In this document: in pieces, positions 56,696 through 64,000 of the stretch
How positions within the stretch are numbered: the stretch's first letter is position 1
How the letters are laid out: each line of letters begins with the position of its first letter
Origin: Oceanispirochaeta sp.
Lineage (GTDB): Bacteria; Spirochaetota; Spirochaetia; DSM-2461
Reading direction: 5' to 3'
Assembly: GCA_963663385.2 (NCBI GenBank)
Contig: CAXXXD010000002.1
Location: 1,152,001-1,216,000, forward strand
DNA length: 64,000 bases
The notes under the pieces: model-generated
Told to the model about the DNA's origin: nothing
The model's database searches: none
The model's input: only the letters and a program-made list of their open reading frames with translations
Made by a program: the position numbers and the translations under genes

Positions 56696-58225
56696 ATGTT
56701 AAGTGAAATCTTACTGGCCGGAGCTCCTCTGTACTTTGGTCCGGCTCAACTGTTCTTTACCGGACTGGGTGTTTTTATGGGGATCGTTATCGGGATACTC
56801 CCCGGACTGGGGCCTCTGCTGGGTCTGACCCTGCTTACCCCTCTGGCTATGAATATGAACCCCTATACGGGGATGGGCCTGCTGATCGGTATCTTTGTGG
56901 GCGGAACAGCCGGAGGGGCCATCTCGGCTATACTGCTTCGTATCCCGGGTACACCGATTGCCGCCGCTACCCTGCTGGACGGTTATCCTCTTGCGCAGAA
57001 AGGCAGGGCTCCCTTTGCTGTTACCCTGGCTATATCAACATCTGCCATAGGCGGGATTATCGGGGGGATCTATCTGATTTTCTTTTCTCCCCTTCTGGCA
57101 AAGTTCGCTCTGGAGTTTTCTCCTCCCGAATACTTTGCCCTGGCCCTTACAGGAGTTGTCTGTATTGCTGTCGTTTCCAGAGAATCCACAACCAAAGGAC
57201 TGATGGTTGGAAGCCTGGGGCTTCTTCTGTCCACAATAGGAATGGATCCCTTTATGAGTAATTTCCGGTTTACCTTCGGAACCATTGCTCTGGCGGGAGG
57301 CCTTGGGATTGTCCCCATGGTTATCGGACTTTTTGCCATAAGCGAAATGTTTACTCAGGTTGAGAAGGGGGACTTTGACAGTTCTCCCCATCTGAAAGCA
57401 TTTATGCCCCCCGTCAAAGCAATCACGGAAAATTTCAGGCAGGGATTCAACCTTTTCCGTTCCAGTACGCTGGGGACATTTATCGGAGCTCTGCCCGGTG
57501 CAGGATCGGTTATAGCCAGCTTCGTCTCCTATGCGGTGGCAAAAAACAGTTCACGGCATTCTGAGAAATTCGGAACCGGAATCCCGGACGGTATAATCGC
57601 CACCGAATCTGCCAATAATGCCTGCTGCGGGGGAACCCTGATCCCTTCACTGACTCTGGCTCTGCCAGGTGACCCCTGCTCGGCCATGCTTCTGGCTGCG
57701 CTGATGCTGCTCGGGTACATCCCCGGCCCCCGCCTTTTTGTACAGAATCAGGATCTGGTGGGCGGAATCTTTCTTGCCTATATCAGTTCAAATATATTCC
57801 TCCTTCTTCTGGGGCTTCTGTTTCTTCCTCTGTTTGTAAAGGTCCTCAATGTAAAGAAGAAATATCTGATACCCGTTATTCTCATTCTCTGTGCCGTAGG
57901 CTCCTACGGGATGGAGACCTCTGTAAACGATCTCTGGATAACTCTTGCCTTTGGGGTTATCGCCTTTATACTCCAGAAGTTTGATTATCCTCTGGCTCCT
58001 TTTGTTATAGCCAATGTTCTCGGTCCCATTATGGAAGAGAACTTTCGCCGATCATTGATTATGTCCGGAGACGATCCTCTGGTGTTTATTGCCAGACCCA
58101 TTTCCGCATCCATCATTGCGGCGAATATTGTCCTGCTGGTCCTAACCCTTCTTCCTGTCAAGGAGTTTTTTAATCAGAGAAAAGCTCTCAGGACACACTC
58201 TACCAAGGAAAATACAAAACAATGA
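56696..58225 (+). CDS. tctA: TTT large permease
   Basis: GILPGLG, RIPGTP..AATLLDGYPLAQKG, ESANNA, PGPRLF. Confidence 0.95.
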   Translation: MLSEILLAGAPLYFGPAQLFFTGLGVFMGIVIGILPGLGPLLGLTLLTPLAMNMNPYTGMGLLIGIFVGGTAGGAISAILLRIPGTPIAAATLLDGYPLAQKGRAPFAVTLAISTSAIGGIIGGIYLIFFSPLLAKFALEFSPPEYFALALTGVVCIAVVSRESTTKGLMVGSLGLLLSTIGMDPFMSNFRFTFGTIALAGGLGIVPMVIGLFAISEMFTQVEKGDFDSSPHLKAFMPPVKAITENFRQGFNLFRSSTLGTFIGALPGAGSVIASFVSYAVAKNSSRHSEKFGTGIPDGIIATESANNACCGGTLIPSLTLALPGDPCSAMLLAALMLLGYIPGPRLFVQNQDLVGGIFLAYISSNIFLLLLGLLFLPLFVKVLNVKKKYLIPVILILCAVGSYGMETSVNDLWITLAFGVIAFILQKFDYPLAPFVIANVLGPIMEENFRRSLIMSGDDPLVFIARPISASIIAANIVLLVLTLLPVKEFFNQRKALRTHSTKENTKQ

Positions 58226-59742
58226 AAACAATATATCTTCTTTTTGACTCTCTGAACCGGAAGGCCCTGAGTGCCTACGGTAGCAGCGTCCCTACGCCCA
58301 ATTTTGACAGACTTCAGCAAAAGTCTGTGACATTCAACAACCATTATGCCGGAAGTATGCCCTGTATCCCCGCCAGGAGGGATCAGCAGACCGGCCGTTA
58401 TAACTTCTTTCACAGTGCATGGGGACCAATGGAGCCCTATGATAACTCTCTTCCCCGCATCCTGAGAGAAGAGAAAGGTGTTTACAGCCATATTTCCACA
58501 GATCATGCCCACTATTACGAAGATGGGGGGGCTTTCTATTGTACCAATTTCAATACCTGGGAATTTCACAGAGGTCAGGAATATGATCCCTGGATCCCGG
58601 AGATTCAGCCGGATATGGTTAAACTGCAGAGACAGTATGACCCCAGGCATTATGATTTTGCAAAAGGATCCCGAAGCGGTCATAAACTGCAGTTTGCCAG
58701 GAATAAGAACTACCGGATGAAAGAGGCCGCAGACTTTCCCATGACACGCTGTTTTGATTCGGCTCTGCAGTTTCTGGATATTAACAGAGGAGTGGATAAC
58801 TGGTTTCTGCAGCTTGAGTGCTTTGACCCTCATGAACCCTTTGATGTTCCCCCGGAATATCAGGAGAAATTCCAGCTGGACAAGGAGGCCGTTCTTAACT
58901 GGCCCAACTATGCCCGCCCTGTCGAAAACGAGGAAGAGGTTGAGTATATCCGCCGGATGTATTCTGCTCTGGTGGCTTTTTGTGATGATCAGCTGGGACG
59001 TCTGCTGGATAGAATGGATGCTGATAATATGTGGGAGGATACCGCTCTTATCATGACAACCGATCATGGTTTCCTGCTATCGGAGCACGACTGGTGGGCA
59101 AAGGTTATTATGCCCAATTATCAGGAAATCTCCCATATCCCTCTTATGATTTACCATCCGGACTATAAAGAGAAAGCCGGAGAATTCCGGAACGATACAT
59201 CTTCGGTTATCGATCTGATGCCAACTGTTCTGGACTGGTACGGATGCGAAATCCCCAAAGAAGTTACCGGACACTCCCTGACTCCTGTTTTGAACCGTGA
59301 CAGAGAAGAGGAGCGGGTTGTGAGCTGCGGTGTTTTCGGAGGGACCGCCCTGATTACAGACGGACGGTATGCTTATCATTTATGCCCCGAACACCTGGAC
59401 AGTACCGATCTGTATGAATACCGTATTCATCCCTGTCATATGAGAGGGCAGTTCTCTCTTGAGGAAATGAGGGATACATCCCTGCATGAAGGTTTCAGCT
59501 TTACCAAGGGGATCCCTTTGATGAAAATCAAGGGGCGGGATGATTCGGCGCGTGTTCCCAATCATGATGCTCTGGGATTTCAGGATACGGAAACACGGTT
59601 ATTCGATCTTCTGAATGATCCTGAAGAGCAGAATCCCATACGGAATCCCCAGGTGGTAAATCGGCTGAAAGAGCGGTTCAGGACGATTATGGTGGAGCAT
59701 GACGCCCCGAAAGAGATGTACCGGAGGTTTGCTCTGGACTGA
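58222..59742 (+). CDS. Formylglycine-type (Cys) sulfatase
   Basis: CIPAR (CxPxR), FDPHEPF, TTDHG, DLMPT. Confidence 0.9.
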   Translation: MKTIYLLFDSLNRKALSAYGSSVPTPNFDRLQQKSVTFNNHYAGSMPCIPARRDQQTGRYNFFHSAWGPMEPYDNSLPRILREEKGVYSHISTDHAHYYEDGGAFYCTNFNTWEFHRGQEYDPWIPEIQPDMVKLQRQYDPRHYDFAKGSRSGHKLQFARNKNYRMKEAADFPMTRCFDSALQFLDINRGVDNWFLQLECFDPHEPFDVPPEYQEKFQLDKEAVLNWPNYARPVENEEEVEYIRRMYSALVAFCDDQLGRLLDRMDADNMWEDTALIMTTDHGFLLSEHDWWAKVIMPNYQEISHIPLMIYHPDYKEKAGEFRNDTSSVIDLMPTVLDWYGCEIPKEVTGHSLTPVLNRDREEERVVSCGVFGGTALITDGRYAYHLCPEHLDSTDLYEYRIHPCHMRGQFSLEEMRDTSLHEGFSFTKGIPLMKIKGRDDSARVPNHDALGFQDTETRLFDLLNDPEEQNPIRNPQVVNRLKERFRTIMVEHDAPKEMYRRFALD

Positions 59743-59782
59743 TAGTAAGGCCCGGTATACTATTGGAAACAGGGGGAAATCC

Positions 59783-60325
59783 TTGAAACCGATTAATCTG
59801 CTTGAAAAATCAGCAACCCGGAAGACTGCTCTGATTCTGCTGGCCACAACCGCCGTATCAGCCAGCTGCCTTATCACTGGTTTCTATGGGCTGCTGAATC
59901 TTGATCCCGGGGCCACTCTGGATCCTTTAAGCTGTTACGGGAGAGAAATCTTCTACTCCTTTCTGGATATACAGGGGGAAGCGGGCAGGCAGTCCTACCT
60001 GCTCCTCCATCTGGTTGATTACCTGTTTATCACTCAGTTTTATCCCCTCCTGACAATTGCGGTATACAAAGCAGCCGGTAAAACCGGCCGGAGTCGTATT
60101 GTATCCTTTCTGGTCTGGCTTCCCCTTGTTTCTGCTGCCGCGGATCTTATGGAAAATATCCTGATTGATGTAGCCATTCTGCTTTACCCCGGCAGAATAG
60201 AGGTTATGGGTACATTATCAGGGCTGTCTACCTCTTGTAAGATGTACACTATTTATGCTGTGTTTCTGACTATTGCCGTACTGCTTGCACGGAGAGGCAT
60301 TATGGCTATTGTTAAAAGGGAATAG
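59783..60325 (+). CDS. Hypothetical membrane protein
   Basis: Probable TTG start after GGGGG; 4 TM segments; DYLF...ADLMEN. Confidence 0.65.
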   Translation: MKPINLLEKSATRKTALILLATTAVSASCLITGFYGLLNLDPGATLDPLSCYGREIFYSFLDIQGEAGRQSYLLLHLVDYLFITQFYPLLTIAVYKAAGKTGRSRIVSFLVWLPLVSAAADLMENILIDVAILLYPGRIEVMGTLSGLSTSCKMYTIYAVFLTIAVLLARRGIMAIVKRE

Positions 60326-60334
60326 TGTTTCCCT

Positions 60335-60802
60335 TTAAACCAGATCGCATATTTCCGCATCTATCAGATCGGCAAGGGCATCCGCTTTAAGATTTACCTG
60401 CAGCCCCCGGACTCCGGCGCTGACAAAAATGCTCTCGTACAGAAGGCAGGTTTCATCAATAAAAGCAGGGTAGTGCTTTTTCATCCCTATGGGAGAACAG
60501 CCGCCTCTGATATAGCCGGTAAGGGATAGAATCTCTTTTACGGGAATAAGGTCCACCTTTTTAAAACCGGCGGTCTTCGCAGCCTTTTTCAGATCCAGTT
60601 CACAGGCCCCCGGGATAACGCAGACGAATATCTCATTTGTATTACTCCGCAGAACCAGGGTTTTGAATATGCGGTCTATATCGAGTCCGGTTTTAGACGC
60701 AACCGCAACCGCGCTCAGATCGGATTCGTCCACTTCGTAACTTTCAATTTCAAAAGGAACTTTTTTCTGTTCCAGTATTCTAACGGCGTTTGTCTTTTCC
60801 AT
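60335..60802 (-). CDS. ybaK: Cys-tRNA(Pro) deacylase
   Basis: KTNAVRIL, IFKTLV, TGYIRGGCSPIG, VSAGVRG. Confidence 0.95.
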   Translation of the reverse strand: MEKTNAVRILEQKKVPFEIESYEVDESDLSAVAVASKTGLDIDRIFKTLVLRSNTNEIFVCVIPGACELDLKKAAKTAGFKKVDLIPVKEILSLTGYIRGGCSPIGMKKHYPAFIDETCLLYESIFVSAGVRGLQVNLKADALADLIDAEICDLV

Positions 60803-60849
60803 GAATGGATTGTATCGGTTCCATTCGAAAAAGTCCAAAAACTTTTAAT

Positions 60850-61065
60850 TCAGTTTTTTGTAAAACTCTTATCCATGGTCTCCCTGGATTTTACCGTTTT
60901 ACAGGTTTCACAGAAGAAACTGACCGATCCGCAGCTGGAAATTACCTCCGGTGTGCTTCCGCATTTTTCACAGGTAAAGCTAATCTCCCAGCTTGTTCCG
61001 CATCCGCTGCAGGTATAGCTGTTTCCCGCACCATTGAGTTTCCCTTTGCATTCAGGACAATCCAT
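60850..61065 (-). CDS. YfgJ-like double zinc-ribbon protein
   Basis: CPEC, CSGC, CEKC, SCGSVSFFCETC...KSR; AGGAG RBS. Confidence 0.8.
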   Translation of the reverse strand: MDCPECKGKLNGAGNSYTCSGCGTSWEISFTCEKCGSTPEVISSCGSVSFFCETCKTVKSRETMDKSFTKN

Positions 61066-61149
61066 TTTTTATCTCCTGCTGATTAACATATGTTACTAAA
61101 ATACTCATTTATCTCTCTACAGGAAACTTTAACTTATCAATATTTGTAC

Positions 61150-61177
61150 TTGACAAAATGTAACCAATTGGTAACAT
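61150..61177 (+). promoter_or_regulatory. tetR promoter overlapped by a palindromic operator
   Basis: TTGACA-16-TAACAT with extended TG; operator TGTAACCAATTGGTAACA at 61159-76. Confidence 0.75.
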
Positions 61178-61183
61178 ATGGGT

Positions 61184-61765
61184 ATGCACGACAGGAAGGC
61201 AACAGAAGACGCCATAATTACAGCCGTTGACAACCTTATCAGCAGGAAAGGATTTGTCGGGCTGGGGATTAACGCCATCGCCAGGGAAGCGGGTATTTCC
61301 AAAGTTCTGATCTACCGCTACTTCGGGGATTTTGATGGTCTGCTGGAAGCATGGGCATTAAAGAACAGTTACTGGCTGTCCATGGATACGACGATTCTGA
61401 AGGCCGGGAGCCTTTCGAAAAGTGTACAGGATGCCGTTCTTGGTATGTCGAAGGATCTGATGAATCAGCCTGTAAAGCGGGAGGTTCTCAGATGGCTTCT
61501 GTCAGAAGAGAGTCAGGCGGGAACCCGGGTTATGGAAAAACTGGAGGAACGGGGTGTTCAGCTGACAGAGAATTTTATAAAAGAGAATAATATTTCCCCT
61601 GATCTGGATATGGAAGCCCTGTTCGCCGTTCTTACGGCGGGGATAAACTACCTGGCTCTCCTAAGCGACAGAGCCGATGTATACAATGGTATTTCCCTTC
61701 AGGGAGAGGACGGTTGGGAGCGGATTGCCCTTTGTCTATCTGAGTTAATGAATAATCGGAAGTAA
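61184..61765 (+). CDS. TetR/AcrR-family regulator
   Basis: GINAIAREAGISKVLIYRYFG; start 61184 (or 61178). Confidence 0.92.
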   Translation: MHDRKATEDAIITAVDNLISRKGFVGLGINAIAREAGISKVLIYRYFGDFDGLLEAWALKNSYWLSMDTTILKAGSLSKSVQDAVLGMSKDLMNQPVKREVLRWLLSEESQAGTRVMEKLEERGVQLTENFIKENNISPDLDMEALFAVLTAGINYLALLSDRADVYNGISLQGEDGWERIALCLSELMNNRK

Positions 61766-61789
61766 CCGATTTATATTTTTTTATCAGAA

Positions 61790-61807
61790 TGTTACCAATA
61801 GGTAACA
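61790..61807. promoter_or_regulatory. Second copy of the TetR operator, before the DUF2271 gene
   Basis: TGTTACCAATAGGTAACA, 16/18 identical to 61159-76. Confidence 0.75.
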
Positions 61808-61816
61808 TCGGGAGGT

Positions 61817-62548
61817 ATGAAGATGTTCAGGAAGAAAAAAAGAGTTGTTTCTCTCATTCTGTCAGCTCTGCTGGTTCTGGAAATCATATCCTGTAACGGG
61901 ATATCCGAGCAGGTTCAGAGCGGGGATCTGGTTATCAGTCTTGAAACGGGGAGTGAGTGGTTTCATGATTTTTCCGCTTTTAAGAAGAATCCGCCCCAGT
62001 TTGTCTTATGGATGGAAGATGAAGAGGGGAATTATATATCCACTATCTTTGCCACCAGAAAGGTTGCCACGGAAGGATGGATATTCAACGGGGGCAACCG
62101 CCGCCTGGAATCTTTGCCGTACTGGATGCATAAAAGGAACAGGCAGGATGATAAGGGAGTTCTTCTGCCTTCGAAAGATAATCCCCTTACAGACAGCATC
62201 AGCGGCGCTACTCCGAAAAACGATATAGAGATTCTGTTCAGACCGAAAAGCAACCTTCAGGGATTTATACTTTTCCTTGAGCTTAATCACTCAACAGACT
62301 TCAATTCAAACTGGCCGAAGGGAGCGGAAAAGGGTGACCCCGACTGGTCCGGCGGAGAGTGGGGCAGCGGACAGCCGGCTGTTGTCTATTCGGTCAGGGT
62401 TGACCTTACTCAGGATGATTCCCGTGTTTTCACCCTGAAAGGACACAGCAGCGCCGATGGCTCGGATGGGAAACTGTATGAGGATACATCTTCTCTAACC
62501 ACAGCTCTGGATATTCTGGGATCTGCTTCGGTGAGCCTGATACCATGA
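61817..62548 (+). CDS. DUF2271-like lipoprotein
   Basis: IISC lipobox; PQFVLWMEDEEGNYISTIFAT, LPYW, DSISGATP. Confidence 0.75.
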   Translation: MKMFRKKKRVVSLILSALLVLEIISCNGISEQVQSGDLVISLETGSEWFHDFSAFKKNPPQFVLWMEDEEGNYISTIFATRKVATEGWIFNGGNRRLESLPYWMHKRNRQDDKGVLLPSKDNPLTDSISGATPKNDIEILFRPKSNLQGFILFLELNHSTDFNSNWPKGAEKGDPDWSGGEWGSGQPAVVYSVRVDLTQDDSRVFTLKGHSSADGSDGKLYEDTSSLTTALDILGSASVSLIP

Positions 62549-63060
62549 AAAGAGTGCTGAAAGTTATTTTTCTACTAGCGGCTGTACCCTGTTATCTCTA
62601 CTCAATTGAATTCAGCGGCGGATTAATCGTCTCATCGGATGCTCTCATGGCCTCGTTCGGTGTGTCCCCTGTCAAACCGGTCCGTTTTGTTCTGGAAGGG
62701 GGGCCGGCCTTTGAGCGGGAAGCGGATCTCCGGGTAAACGACAGCTGCTGGCACCTGGGGGTAGAGTATACGCCCCGGCCCGAAGGCCGCTGGGATCCGT
62801 ATCTCAGTATGGCCTATGAAATCTTTCTGGTAGATACCTCCTATGCCGAAACAGTGGCACAGGGAGTTCTTCTGGGAGGAGGAGTAGCCTGGCATATTAC
62901 AGAGGGACACTCTTTAACTCTTGAAGGGGGATGGCGGAGTACAAAAGGGGATATTCACAGCCATTATGACACCCCGGATTTTACAGTATTTTATGATGAA
63001 GTGTGGAGAGCTCCGACATTCTGTATGGAACTGGGGTGGCGGATCCGGTTTAAAAGGTAA
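62545..63060 (+). CDS. Small exported, probable outer-membrane beta-barrel protein
   Basis: Signal peptide, alternating strands (DPYLS, LGGGVAW, ELGWRIRF); ATGA overlap with upstream gene. Confidence 0.6.
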   Translation: MKRVLKVIFLLAAVPCYLYSIEFSGGLIVSSDALMASFGVSPVKPVRFVLEGGPAFEREADLRVNDSCWHLGVEYTPRPEGRWDPYLSMAYEIFLVDTSYAETVAQGVLLGGGVAWHITEGHSLTLEGGWRSTKGDIHSHYDTPDFTVFYDEVWRAPTFCMELGWRIRFKR

Positions 63061-63212
63061 AAGGAGATGGGAGACGAAGAGAATACGTGAAGACCTCCCC
63101 CTTGGGGGCAGACTCTCCGGGAGAGAAATATTTCTGTTTGAAAAAAAACACACACTTATAAAGGGGATCTTGATATATTATCATAATACGCCAGTCAAAG
63201 GAGATCTGTCCT

Positions 63213-64000
63213 ATTCTAAAACCTGTACCCTTTATCCTGTTTATATTGTTGATTATGGCAGCTTTTGCCGGCTGTTATTCTGATCATTCGGATTCTCCTC
63301 CCATGCCCCGTGCCGAAAAAGGTGTACTCGACCTGAGTTCCTGGAATTTTCCGGATGACGGGAGTGTCAGTCTGGAAGGAGAGTGGGTCTTCTGGTGGAA
63401 AGAGATCAGAGATCCTGATGACCCTTTCTTTTCTGATCCGGCGGTATATGTCAATGTTCCTGATGTCTGGACCAATTATGAAATCGATGGTCAGGCTCTT
63501 AGTGCGGAAGGGTATGCGACCTACTCCCTTATCCTGATTCCACCGGATGAACTGCAAACCTATGGATTGTATATTGAGGGAGAGGGGAGCGCTTTTGCCT
63601 TGTGGCTGAATGACAGATTGCTGATCCGGAAAGGGCGGGTTGCTTCAGATTCCCACTCTCGTTTAAGAGACAAAGGCCCTCTAACTCTTTATTTCGAATC
63701 CAACGGGGAACCCCTCCGTTTTCTTGTTCAGATGTCAAATGACCAGCATCGCAAGGGAGGCTTCAGGAACAGTTTCCTGCTCGGTCTGGTAGAACCGATT
63801 CATCACTATCAGCTTGTAAACTGGTTTATAGAGGCATTCTCCTTAGGGGTTCTTTTTATAATGGGACTCTATCATCTGATAATTTATCATTTCAGAAGAA
63901 CAGGTAAGGCTCCCCTGTATTTTGCCCTATTGTGTTTTCTGGCCGCCCTGCGTCACGGAGTGACAGACCAGTGCATATTGCCGACTCTTTTTCCGTTAAT
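63213..64000 (+). CDS. 7TM-DISM-type membrane sensor, truncated by window edge; start uncertain
   Basis: Not in the ORF track; AEKGVLDLSSWNF...LEGEWVFWW, GYATY, MGLYHLIIY...LYFALLC. Confidence 0.85.
   Translation, partial: MLKPVPFILFILLIMAAFAGCYSDHSDSPPMPRAEKGVLDLSSWNFPDDGSVSLEGEWVFWWKEIRDPDDPFFSDPAVYVNVPDVWTNYEIDGQALSAEGYATYSLILIPPDELQTYGLYIEGEGSAFALWLNDRLLIRKGRVASDSHSRLRDKGPLTLYFESNGEPLRFLVQMSNDQHRKGGFRNSFLLGLVEPIHHYQLVNWFIEAFSLGVLFIMGLYHLIIYHFRRTGKAPLYFALLCFLAALRHGVTDQCILPTLFPL

Overview
Bacterial chromosomal window, most likely from a free-living spirochaete (Spirochaetaceae-like). This is inferred from 'FASGSQD'/'LFSNGQGE'-type binding-protein signal peptides and the TPR-protein/mutL neighbourhood. 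Positions 1-31 kb hold core-type genes: pgeF, an ABC exporter, pgl, pth, an orphan N6-adenine MTase, a GTPase-less SelB-like protein, TPR proteins, mutL, a 1546-aa SprA-like outer-membrane protein, a voltage-sensor/HAMP membrane protein, an HD hydrolase and an RsbW/STAS/PilZ cluster. A tRNA-CAT gene (31230-31302) is followed by an integrase-less accessory/defence region: orphan HigA-ImmA, frameshifted yhcG, a vsr-dcm-mcrB-mcrC(DUF2357) operon, Fic and gene relics. After that come an LVIVD lipoprotein, a GH125/ABC mannoside locus, an IS110-family element, a LysR-TctCBA-sulfatase locus, ybaK, a TetR-DUF2271 operon and a partial 7TM-DISM sensor. Highlights: (1) an IS110/IS1111-type element whose ends, sub-terminal inverted repeats and upstream bridge-RNA-like region can be read from the sequence, and whose guide-like segments match the Shine-Dalgarno site it inserted into; (2) a remote SprA (T9SS translocon)-like protein outside Bacteroidota; (3) a pore-less voltage-sensor-HAMP protein; (4) repeated leaderless-promoter architecture. 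All protein family calls come from motif recognition by eye; no searches were run.
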